Part shown: in pieces, positions 39,178-51,210 of the stretch | How the letters are laid out: the number at the start of each line of letters is the position of its first letter | How positions within the stretch are numbered: the stretch's first letter is position 1 | Source: Octopus sinensis | Taxonomy: Eukaryota | DNA length: 64,000 nt | Reading direction: 5' to 3' | Assembly (NCBI RefSeq): GCF_006345805.1 | Contig: NC_043010.1 | Span: forward strand, 56,172,001 to 56,236,000 | The notes under the pieces: model-generated | The model's database searches: none | What the model was told of the DNA's origin: nothing | The model's input: only the letters and a program-made list of their open reading frames with translations | Program-made: the position numbers and the translations under genes

Positions 39178-40129
39178 ATATACAGGCATATTTATATATA
39201 CGTATGTGTGCACATATCTAAATACACATATATGTGTGTATGTATGCCTATATATAATATAAATAAATAAATAAATAAATATATATATATACATGACCAT
39301 ATGTATCGTATACATTTATGCTTTTATGTATGTAGTATGTATGCAGGAATATACATTGTATATTTATACTTATATCCAATATGTATATATATATACATAA
39401 TATATGTATATATATATATATATATATATACATAATATATGCATATATACATTATATATATATATATATATATATAGCATATTTTTATGCCTGTATATAT
39501 ACTTGTATGGATATGTATGCATATATATATATATATGGATGTACATGTACGCATGTGTGTGTATGTATGCACATGTGTGAAAAAATATATATGCATGTGT
39601 GTGTGTGTGTGTGTATGTGTGCGTGTCTGTGTGTGCGTGTGTGTGTGTAAGTATGTAAATATCTGTATGTATGACGCATCCCTCTATCCAGCGTAATGAA
39701 ACTATACACATGAAGCCCGGACATCAAAAGCGTCGGTCCATTATCGTTTATCAGGCCCTCAGTGGGGTAACAATTGAAAGCTCAGCGGGTTTTCCTCTCC
39801 GAACAACAAGTTTCTCTCTTCACTACTAACAGGGAATTTATATGACACAACACACTTTAGAACATCAACAGGAGAATACGTACGAATCTATGTGATTACT
39901 CGACCTCCTAGAAATGGCAACCAAATCTTCCTAAATTATTTACCCTGTTGTCTTAGAATGATTGACATGTTGCAATAATACAACGCTTGATATGACTGGA
40001 GGGTGCCTACTTGTGGAATGTCATTGATCATCGGCCTGTTTGTTCAGGACTGACCTGGGGCTAAATAACATCTTAAGCAATTAAAGTTTACGGCGGGACC
40101 TTGTTTTCAAGAAATGGTCTGCACCACCA

Positions 40130-40720
40130 ACACCGTTACTATTTCTGAAACATCACCGAAATGTATGTGGAATGTCGGATGATTTATGAACATCATCTGA
40201 TCAATTCGACCAAGTCTAGCATTGTTTCGTAAGACATCAGAATACTGTATCCTCTGTATCATCGAGAAAAAAAATTCAACATCATCGGATATCCCAGAGG
40301 TTCTCAAACTTTTGGGGCCACTGCCCCCCTCATGACCACATAACACACTCAACGACCCCACCCCTATTTTTATGTATAAATAAATATTTTATATTCTACC
40401 AATTTATATATACTATCAATCATTTGAAATTTAATATATTATATAATTTGTATATAATATTATAATAATGTTATTATAAATTCATAGCGTCCCCAATCCA
40501 ATACCTTTCTCCCACGCGTCCTTTTTCTCTACCATCCCAGCTCCTCCGCCTTCTGAGGCACCAGCTCCCTCCTGGACAGCCTCAAAGCCTATCGGGGGGG
40601 GGGGGCGGTAGTACCCACTTTAAGAACCTATGGCCCATATAAAACATGTCCCAATTAAGAAAAAAATCTGAATTATTTTCGACCTGTTGCCACAGCCCAA
40701 ATACATCCAAACATTTTAAA
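40130..40720 (+). mobile_element. Penelope-like element C-terminal (GIY-YIG tail) remnant, split by a MITE
   Basis: KCMWN..II*SI..KTSEYCILCIIEKK before the MITE and QLRKKSELFSTCCH after it resemble the PLE C-terminal pattern W..K..I.WSI..C.LC..EK..LNK(R/K)SEL.S.C.H. Confidence 0.45.
40295..40632. mobile_element. hAT-type MITE
   Basis: Inverted termini CAGAGGTTCTCAAA versus the reverse complement of TTTAAGAACCTATG (12/14 match), AT-rich core. The 8-bp TSD is not preserved. Confidence 0.55.
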
Positions 40721-40890
40721 GTTGACCCTCGTCGTGTAGGTAATATAAATCTTAGCTGATCGCCAGATAACCAGCTGAATTTTAAAATCTGTCTTTATTT
40801 ACGTTTCACAATAATGAGATGAATTGCTCAAAGTTAACTTTTAAAAAGAAAAGTTATGAATGGGCTTGTATAGTAGTTGCATCCATTGTG

Positions 40891-40930
<40 letters not shown>

Positions 40931-41414
40931 GTACCTACAATTCAAGAAGCCCGATCTTATTACATACATAAAGTGTCACAGTGTTATGTGAAAGAGGCAA
41001 CGGTCTGTACATTGCTCAGTCACATTAGAAAGAGTGAATTGAACTGGGTTACGTGGAGGAGTTAATTGAAGTAGGTTACACATCAATCAAACCCAACAGC
41101 AGATCTATTCATGGAGAAACAGGCTTAGAGAACAGACGAATGGCAGTTTAAATTAGCGAATTTAAACTGCTTTTCATCTGTTATACATATGCTGCACCAA
41201 CGAGTCACTGAGGAACTGGATCATTAGTAAATAATTGGAATTGAGAATTACCTAACAATAGTATCCAATCGGTATGATTGATGCCTATGATGATGGATTA
41301 TTTCACTGTCTGCTATGTGTCATCCTATCTAGCCAATTGGTGGCGTCTTACACGTTGATGTGCCTCGATTCTTAATGCATCGCTCGAACTAATATTGTGT
41401 GTGTGTGTGTGTGT

Positions 41415-41449
<35 letters not shown>

Positions 41450-42277
41450 TGTTCCTTTAAATTCTATTTGTATTCACTTATTTGCTATATTTTATTGTGT
41501 TTCACATGATACAAATAAAATAAGCATTCATAATTAACTCACCGTTTTTTATATTAATATAAAATGTAAATTAGACTGCTTATCCGAATATATTGAGAAA
41601 ATTCTCCCAATATATTAGCGCTAATATCAGTGGATCTCTGGATTTTATAATCCCCAAGGAGGACATTACATCCTCAACTTGACTAAATATATATATATAT
41701 ATAATATATAATTCATTTATTCACCCCTATATAAAATATTACAGACATTTTAGTATGTTGTAAGCATAAATATTTAGCGTCTTATAATTTTCTTAAACTT
41801 TAAAATATAATTTTTTAGAATATAAAAGCTTTTTGAAAATGCGGTCCAATTAGATCATTAGACACAATGAACACTTATGCACAAACCTGTAATCTTAAAT
41901 TATTTTTTTATAGTAGAGAGTGGAATATTCCAATTGGCTATTATTTGCATGATTAACTAAAGTTAACCTTTCAATGAATTTCATTCGGGTCATTGTGCCT
42001 ATAATAAAGATTCCAGTCACTTATTCATCGATACTAAAAAACTGAACTTTCACCACTGAATACTCGTCATAGTGTATAGTGAGTTATTATATTTTTGCCT
42101 TGTGTATATTTTCTCCGTTGTGAACGACTGTGTGTCTAGCTGTCTTTCTGTATTGTTGTACAACTATTGAAGTCGGCCTTCGTGCGAGGGCTTCGTGTTG
42201 GTGTTCCCCCCTCCGTGGGGGAAAAAACTATCATTATCTTGGTTGTGCCAAGGGCTTGTTAAAGCCAGTTATCGGAG

Positions 42278-43624
42278 ATGGAATCCCCCATCTCATACTC
42301 ACCTGTGACTAGTGATGCAGGATCACCGGCGGTGTCGCCAAAGAAAAAAGAGGCGGGGTCGCCAAAGAAAAAAGAGGCGGGGTCGCCAAAGAAAAAAGAT
42401 ATTCCAGCACCAGCGAAAAAATTTTCGGAAGTAGCTGGGAAGAAAATTAAAAAAATTAATGTTGAAAACCTAAAGAAACATGCGGACTGTGTGTCAAAAG
42501 AGGGCACGGAAGTAACCGTGGCTTCAAACGCCCAAAAACAAGAAGAAATTACAAATAGAAGAATAATTTATAAGACCTTCAATACAACAAGCAGATCAAT
42601 ACAAAAAATAGAGGAGAAAAAAATCGAAAATTGCTTAAAGCCGATAATGGATAAAATCACATATATCAATCGAGGGAAGAAATACGGCACAGTGGAGGTG
42701 AGATTCACAACAGAGGAGGTAGCTAAGAAGCTATCCATGGAACCAATAAAAGCGGAGGATATTGTTCTCCTACCCCTGTATAAAGGCAAAAGAACATCAA
42801 AGATCACAATGAATAATATTCCGCCAGAAGCGGATGCCGAAGTTCTGGTGGCAGCAGTTATGGTAGGCCTGGAGGAAAAAATAAACATCCTCCAGGCCAC
42901 TGTAGAGGAGGAAGAATTCTGGAAAGGGCAACGGATAATAATAGCCATCCAGGCAGAAATACAAACCCTGGAGGAGATTCCAGAGACTCTAAAGATAAGC
43001 GAAGAAGATAGAGTCACAGTCTTCGTAGAGGGCAGAAAGCCGAGGTGCTTCGGCTGCGGTAAGAAAGGGCATGTAAGGGCAGAATGCCAACCCCAACCCA
43101 AACCGCAGGAAGCAGCTCAGCCAAGCGGAAAAGCAGAAGAGGTGTCATCAGAAACAGCGCTGGTCGGCCCATGAGGGACGGCTGAAGGTGTGGAGGTGAC
43201 AGAGGCAGCGGAACCAACGGCGGAGGAAAAAAAGAGCGAGGAAACGAAAAAGGAGGAGGGGTGGTCAAAAATCACTAGAAAAAAAAGAAAAACTGAAACC
43301 ACCCCTCCCAAAGTAAACCAAAAGAAAAAAAGAGAGTCGTTGAACTCATTTATGGCCGTTAAGGCCACGAACAATAGACTCGGTAATGTGTTGGCAGCGA
43401 TGGCCAAAGTAGAAAAAATAGGGCGGAAAAATGACTATGTATTGTACAGAATAGGCCGGAAGGATTACGGACGGATAAAGTCCGAATTTTTTCATGACGT
43501 AGGCCCGCTCAGAATGGATATATTATCACCATATATATTCGAGGGCCTGCGTCAGACTCCCCCACGAGGCCCAGAAAAAGAGACAAACAAAGAAGAAAAA
43601 GAAAAAACCGAACCACTGATATAA
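42278..43624 (+). pseudogene. Tx1 ORF1 (zinc-knuckle nucleic-acid-binding protein) with one in-frame TGA
   Basis: ORFs 42278-43174 and 43190-43624 are in the same frame, separated only by TGA at 43172-43174; CCHC knuckle CFGCGKKGHVRAEC; 24-bp SPKKKEAG repeat at 42334-42399. Confidence 0.85.
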
Positions 43625-43632
43625 GGTAAGTA

Positions 43633-46600
43633 ATGGATTACATTTATGTTGGTTGTTTGAATGTGCGCGGCCTGGGAGCAGGCTGGAAGCAAGGTCGCTT
43701 CCTGCATGATATCAGGTCGCGTAATTTAGATGTTATTGTTGCTACAGAAACCCGGTTAGAGGGGCCAAGAGGTCTACTCCCGCTGTTTGACGGCTACGAG
43801 AGTTTTTTCTCTCCTGGCAGTCCTACAGGCGGGAGAGGGGTGTTGGTCCTATTAAAAAGAAACCGGGTTTCTGAGAAAAAGTTAATTTTTGCAGATCCAG
43901 AAGGTAGGCTGGTCGTCATGGATTTGACGTTCAGTAATGGTAAAGTTATCAGACTGGTTGCAATTTACGCACCCAACAGTAAAAAAGGGCAAAGTGATTA
44001 TTTTCGTGATCTAGAAAAATTTCTTGGTACTTCGCATTCATTAGTGGTGCTAGGAGACTTTAACACAATTTGCAAAGCGGATGTAGATTGTGTTGGCTCG
44101 TGTCCAGATAGGAGAGGTAACAGTGGCTTCATGGAACTGCTAAGCCGCTTTGAGCTAGCAGATCCGTATAGGCTGGAATTTCCGAACGCTCCATTGTGGA
44201 CATGGTCAAACAGCGACGGATCTTCCAGGTCATATATAGATAGAATTTTAATTAGAAAAGTAGACAGTAAAATAGCTAAGTGTCCACAGTTTTACCTGAT
44301 CAGCTACAGTGATCATAAAATGGTCACTTGTAAGCTTGACATAGATAAGGTTAGAAATAGAGGATCCGGTTACTGGAAACTTAATACGTCCCTTTTGGCG
44401 ATTAAGGAGTACAAAGACCGGATTAGGAACATAATTCAGAGGGCACTATCCGGTACCATCATTAATAACAAATGGTGGTACGCCCTCAAACGAGCCATCA
44501 AGTTTGAGTCTATTAGATATAGTATAGGAGTAGTGGCTAGAGAGGCTAGAGGGGATAATACTCTAGTTAAGGAATTAGAGGAAGCCATGAAAACTGGCTC
44601 TGCGGCTCAGGTGGCGTCCAAGAGACTGGTGTTAAACCAGCACCTCGAGGCCAAACACATGGGCTGCATTGTCAGGGCTAGAATCCGCCATATGGGATGT
44701 GAAGGAATCAACGCCGTGAGATGGGCCCGAGTGGTGGAAGCTCAGCATGGTAACGGTGCCACGATTCGATCTTTGACGAACCAACAAGGTGAGTTGATAA
44801 ACGAACCCGAGGAGATGTGTGAGGCCTTTCAGGAGCACTTCGCTCAGCTTTTCGGTGAGTGCGGCGGACTGGATAGGAGGAGGGCCTTTACGGACCTACT
44901 CGACGGGCTGCCGCGCTTATCGGGGCGAGATGCGGAGGGCTGTGAAGGGCCAATCACGCCTGAGGAGGTGGTTGAGGCAATGGCAGACTGCGGCGCGGGC
45001 AAGGCGCCGGGTTTGGATGGTCTACCCTATGAGTTATATAAGAGTATGCCAGACTTGTTCGGGCACCTACTGGCGGAGGTCTATGCGAACTGGCAGCAGA
45101 ACGGGCTTATACCCAGATCTGTGCGCCGGGGAGTGGTGACCCTCGTCAGAAAGGACCCGAGCAGGGGGGAGTGTATTGATAATTTCAGGCCCATCACTCT
45201 GCTAAACACAGAGTTGAAGATTTTGGCCAAAGTGTTATCGAAAAGATTGGCGCGTGTCGCGGATGGTCTGATCGGGGAGGCACAGACATGTGCCGTTCCG
45301 GGCAGATCCATTCAGGATAATCTCCATCTAATGCGGTACACTATAGAGGGGTTAATAGTGATTCTGGCAAGGGTGGGGCACTGGTCCATTTAGACCAATC
45401 GAAAGCTTTTGATAGGGTCGACCATCGTTACCTGGTATCTGCCCTGGCACAGTTCGGGCTGAGCCTTGGCTTCCTCAGGTGGATTATCCAAATTTATGAC
45501 AACATCGACTCGGTAGTTCGGGTGAACGGCTTCTTGTCGAAGCCGTTCAAAATCAAACGCTCGGTTCGTCAAGGGTGTCCGCTCTCCCCGCTTTTGTACG
45601 TGATGGCTCTTGAGCCATTACTGCGAAAACTGAGCGGCATCCCGAGACAGCCAGGTAATGGAAAATCAGTGTCAGCGTACGCGGATGACATCACCATCAT
45701 CGTAACCGAAATGGACCACCTATGAAAAGTAGGCAAGGCCATAGAGGCTTACGAGACGGTGACAGGAGCAAAAGTTAATCGCGAAAAGTCAGTCGGCTTG
45801 CAACTCGGCACCTGGAGAGGCAAGTCGATGCCTCCTGACAGCGTCGTGGGACGTTGGACGGAGGGTCCGATTAAACTGCTAGGGGTCTGGTTCGGTCCAG
45901 ACCTCCAAATAGAGAAGAATTGGGGCGAGGTAACGAGCAAGGTGGCTGCAGTAGCCAAGACCTGGTCTTGGCGGTGGCTATCCTTGAAAGGGAGGGCGGA
46001 GGTGGCCAATGTGTTTATCGCATCGGTTATCACCTACCGCCTTTCCGTCGTTCCTTGCCCCGATTCGTGGTTGACCAAGTTGGAAAGACAGCTCTTCTAC
46101 TTCTTGTGGAAGGGTAGGAAACCACTTGTGAAACGCTCTACTTGCTGTCAACAACCGCTAAAGGGTGGGCTAGGGATGCCTTGGCTGATGATGCGCAGAC
46201 ATGCGCTGAGGTTAAGACATCTGTGGCTCTACCTGGATGGTGAACGGGTGTGGTCTCCGTTAGCAAAACTGATGTTTCCCAAGTTCACTAGTTTCGGTGG
46301 ACGGGAAACCTGGCTGAATCGTAGATCGAAACTCGGTACTTGGTACACGGAGTGTCGCAAGGCTCTCCTGCTATTCCGTCGCTCGGGCAACGCCTGCGGT
46401 GGGGGTTCCACCACATTCTTCTATAGAGGGTTGGTAGAGGCGGAATGTGAAGATACCTTGGGGGAAACCCTGGGTCTCGACGATAATCAGCTGGCCAGTC
46501 TGTTCCGACGTACGTTCAAGCCGAGGACACTGGACAACTTCCAGAAGTCTCTGGCATGGCAATGCTACAGAGGAGCTCTACCTGTTCGGGATAAACTCGC

Positions 46601-47030
46601 AAGGCACGGTGGCCGAGACAGTCCGATATGTCCAAGATGCGGGCGGGATAGGGAAACCGTCCCGCACGCTATTGTTCATTGTCCGGACGTGTCTGAGGTG
46701 TGGGTTTATGCCGAACAGCTGTTGTCAGGTACACGAAGAGTACAGCTGTCGACTGAGTCGATTACAAAAATTGACCCACCGGATTTCCTCGTGAATGAAG
46801 GTATGTTTCGTTTTCTCGTTGTAGTAGCAATTGCGAAAGAGGTGATATGGAAGACGAGAGTGAAAGATTTACAGTCAGGCAAGTTCATCTCTGGCCCTGG
46901 TTTGATGAATTATTTCATCTTCCACCTGAAAAGGAAGATAGGGCTGGAGAGAATATGCCTGACTAGGAGAGTGTATGAAGAATGATGGAAAGATGTGGCA
47001 AGGAAGTTGCGAGTGAAAGATACAACATAA
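43633..47030 (+). pseudogene. Tx1 ORF2 (APE endonuclease, reverse transcriptase, C-terminal Cys/His motif)
   Basis: LNVRGL, ATETR, GDFN, YIDR and SDH (APE); GKAPGLDGLPYE, FRPITLLN, LDQSKAFDRVDH, VRQGCPLSP and YADD at 45678-45689 (RT); CPRC..ETVPHAIVHC. Lesions: a frameshift near the G-run 45348-45351 and TGA at 45723 and 46983. Confidence 0.95.
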
Positions 47031-47483
47031 ATGTAATACCAAGCGCAACCAAAAGTATCAGTGGGGAAGCGGGGCTCGTGGGGTCCGAGCTAAACCCGCA
47101 CCCACTCCACCTGTAATGTCTTCCGGTCTATTCCATCATTCGATTTTGTGTATATTCTTGTAATTTCATGTTATTTTTAAATCCGATTTTTTGTAAAAAC
47201 CATCCGTATGTCTGACCCCACATCAGATTGTATTGTCCCCTCTATGTTCGCCCCTTGTGGGCAGTAATAAAATCAACTGAATACTCACCATGTAGTGTCT
47301 TAATGCTTTTTGCTGGATTTTACCTCGAGAAAGGAACCCTGAGGAAGGAGGGCTGAATTTCGAATACTTCGTACAACCACTTTTCTGAAACGGCTGCAGG
47401 TTAGGAAAAAAACTTTAATCGCCTCTTTCAATTTAGGTTTTTATTTTTCATGTTTATATTCGTATTTCATTGTTATGTTTATA

Positions 47484-48047
47484 TTGGGTTGTCCGGAAAG
47501 TTCGTTCCGATTTTTAAAGGAAAGTAAAGGTCACTAAATACTTGCCATTACATTTTTAATGAACCAAATCTGAACCATTTCGTTGCACAATACGTCTCCA
47601 TCTTTCCTTTACCTTGAAAATACCCTCTTCCCAGAATTGGGGTGGTTTCAAGGCAAAGAATTCGTCAAGGTATCTTTTTACATCATCCAAGGAATTGAAA
47701 TTTTTACCATTAAGACTTTACTGCAGAGACCTGAATAAGTGGAAATCCGAAGGAGCAATATCTGGGGAATAGGGAGGGTGGGGGTAACATCCCAGCCGAG
47801 CTGTAGCAATTTTTGTCTGGTTCCCAAAGCATCAAGTGCTGAAAATGAACTTTCTCATCTTTTATTTTAAAGGGTTACAGAATTAACACAGGTTATAGGA
47901 ACATAAACCTTCTTCCACAAAAAGATAGCTTAAATTGTGCTCTAAATGGAGGTGTAGTCAAATCCTATGTTATGGACTCAAACATATTCTGAAATAAGTC
48001 GAAAGATAAGCTACTATAAATCGGCACGAACTTTCCGGACAACCCAA
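47484..48047 (-). mobile_element. Internally deleted mariner element (564 bp) with intact TIRs
   Basis: TIR TTGGGTTGTCCGGAAAGTTCGT(T/G)CCGATTT at both ends with TA at 47482-83 and 48048-49; minus strand PHPPYSPDIAPSDFHLFRSLQ..EGIFKVKERWRRIVQRNG. Confidence 0.95.
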
Positions 48048-48719
48048 TATTTCTATATTTTTATAATGAAACTCTTAATATAAATATCTGTATATTCGTA
48101 TGGAATAATACCTCATGTGCTACACCTGAATTTTCTTGTCTGAATGTTTTAAGACAAATATCAGAAATTTTTATCGTATACCACATTTTATTAATACTTA
48201 GCTCATATACGGAGACGAAAATGTTGTACTATATACTGCAGGTTATCTCCATTAAAATTCTCGTATTATATACATTATATATATATAATATATACACTGG
48301 CGAAAATAAATTTAAGACCGATGATAAAAGTTCTATTTCTTACAAAATATTCTGTTAGTAGTCCTTTGCCGATCTTTATATTGACCAGTCTCCGAGTATA
48401 ACTTCCACGCTTGCACGCAAACCGGTTTACTGCACTTTAGTTGCTTGCTGATGTTCGAAAAGGAAACTTTTTGCTGTAATATAGGATTTTTGCTCTCGTG
48501 ACTGGACTAAGGCTACGTTGTTTTCCCATTATTAATAAATTGTATAATAGCATTAAATTATAACTATATATGGTACATTTAGGCTCGTTGTGTGACCACC
48601 CATTTTGGCCAAAAAAATTGCATACATATTACATGGTCTTAAACTAATTTTGCCGGTAAATTTGAAACGTTTATATTACGTTCTGAGTTCAAATTCCGCC
48701 GATGTCCTCCTGGCTTGCG

Positions 48720-49030
48720 AAAGTTGTGTCCCCCTAATAATTCTGTAAACTATGAAACAAATGGTATCCTGAAAGAGTAAGGTCGGGAAAATAAGTTGGA
48801 TGAAGAAATTTTTCCAAACCGACCTCTTCGATCTTCTGTGATGTGATCTTTGCAGTGTGGGGTTGCGCATTGTCCTGATGAAACATCACTCGTTTTCGAC
48901 TCACTAAAGCGGCTCTTTTTTCCTTCAACGCTTGGTTCAAACGCTCTAATTGCTGACAGTAGACTTGAGCATTGATTGTTGCATTAGGTGGTAACAATAT
49001 AAAGTGAATTACGCCTTTGCAATCGGACCA
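48720..49030 (-). mobile_element. Mariner transposase catalytic-core fragment
   Basis: ORF 48734-48997: TINAQVYCQQLERL..FHQDNAQPH..HPTYFPDLTLSGYHLFHSLQN; abuts a SINE-head fragment at 48676-48705. Confidence 0.9.
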
Positions 49031-49055
49031 GATAGAGTATCTATCTCTCTCTCTC

Positions 49056-49119
<64 letters not shown>

Positions 49120-49330
49120 ATTCTTTATTTAAAGCAGCAGAAAATTCAACAAACCCTGTTACTCTGAGTCCCCCGTTGCCGTTCGTCGGACAGTTTTATC
49201 TATATATCTATATATATATCTATATATCTATATATATATATATCTATATCTATATATCTATATATATATATATCTATATGTATCTATATATCTATATATC
49301 TAAATATATATATCTATATCTATATATCTG

Positions 49331-49382
<52 letters not shown>

Positions 49383-49524
49383 ATATATAATATATATATA
49401 TATATATATATGGATGCGCGCGTGTGTGTGTGTATATGGGTACGCATGTATATGTGTATGTATGTATATGTATGTATATGTGTGTATGTATATGTGTATG
49501 TATGTATATGTATGTATATGTATG

Positions 49525-49565
<41 letters not shown>

Positions 49566-49685
49566 GTATATATATACATGTGTAGGAGTATATGTATGTA
49601 TATGTATGTATATGTATACGTGTGGGTGTGTGTATGTGTATATATGTATGTATGTATGGGTGTATGTATATGTATGTATATATAC

Positions 49686-49721
<36 letters not shown>

Positions 49722-50120
49722 TTGTATGTAGGTGTATATGTATGTGTGTATATATATTTATTGGTGTATATGTATGGACTAGTCTTCTAAGCGTGTAGAC
49801 ATGAATCTGAAGGTACGCGTACGTATGTGTATATATGTGAATGTATGTAGATGTATGTATGTATGAATATAACGCGTGCGTGCGTGTATGTGTATGACTG
49901 TACGAATGAGTGAGTGTGCGTGCTAATGAGCGTGCGTGCGTGAGTGAGTGCTTGTGTTCGAGTAGAAAGATAAATGGACTTGCTGTCGTAGCCAAGATGC
50001 TTGCGACCCGCGGTCAAAGATAACAAAAGTAATAAATGAAGATAATAATAAAATTAAAATTAGGGAATGGGCTTGTACTTGTATGTATATGTGTGTATGT
50101 GTAGGTATGTATAGGTACAC

Positions 50121-50158
<38 letters not shown>

Positions 50159-50314
50159 GTGTATATATGGACTTGTGTGTGCATGTGTGTATGTAGATAT
50201 GTGTGTGTATGTGTGTATGTGTATGTGTGTGTATGTATATATTTTTTGTGTGTATTTGTATGTGTGGGCGTGTGTGTATATATACATGTGTGTGTGTATA
50301 TATGTGTGCATATG

Positions 50315-50365
<51 letters not shown>

Positions 50366-50707
50366 GTGTATATATACATATATGTATATATATATGTGTG
50401 TGTGTGTATGTATGTGTGTATGTATATGTGTGCGTGTGTGTGTATATATATACATATGTGTATATGTATAAGTGAGAATCTCCTTATTTACCTAAAACTC
50501 TATTCTTCTATATATTTTTCTATATATTTTTTTATTCTTTTATTTTACTTATTCTTTTATTTATTCTTTTATCTATTTTACCACTGACTCCTTGACCACT
50601 CCCCCAAGTATGATATTTTTGCGCTATGCCTACCCCCAAAAAGTCCCCCACCACCACCCCTTTAAACCTGCCTAAATGTATAAATGCCAATACAATTCTT
50701 GTTAACT

Positions 50708-50758
50708 AGCTTCCTGATGATTTCTCTTGAATGAAACAGTTCTAGTCCTGTAGAAGCT
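50708..50758 (+). ncRNA. Type I hammerhead ribozyme-like fold (HHR-2)
   Basis: AGCTTC-CTGATGA-T TTC tctt GAA T-GAA-ACAG ttctagtc CTGT-A-GAAGCT: 6-bp helix I, intact core, 4-bp helix III and GUA triplet; helix II is weak (3 bp plus a U-U mismatch). Predicted cleavage after 50752. Confidence 0.7.
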
Positions 50759-50920
50759 CCTTCTATATAATAAATTAATTTTACTCTGCTATGTATTGAG
50801 TACCTTATTTACTGTGGTTAACCCCGAATCAACCGGGACCTACATATATATATATATATATATATAATATATATATATAGATATAGATATAGATATATAG
50901 ATATAGATATATAGATATAG

Positions 50921-50952
<32 letters not shown>

Positions 50953-50956
50953 TATA

Positions 50957-51016
<60 letters not shown>

Positions 51017-51102
51017 CTCTCCTTCTTTCCCGAGCGTCCAATAATACTATATTTGTTTCACGTCCTCGCGTTGTTGTGTTTTTTTGTGCTTCTTGTTTGG
51101 AT

Positions 51103-51171
<69 letters not shown>

Positions 51172-51210
51172 CCTATATCTATTTATCTATATATATCTAT
51201 ATCTATATAT

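Larger units (their letters stand above)
42066..47275 (+). mobile_element. Near full-length Tx1-clade (L1 superfamily) LINE
   Basis: Direct repeat ACTGAATACTC at 42055-42065 and 47276-47286 (TSD); 5' UTR, ORF1, ORF2 and 3' UTR ending GGGCAGTAATAAAATCA. Confidence 0.95.
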
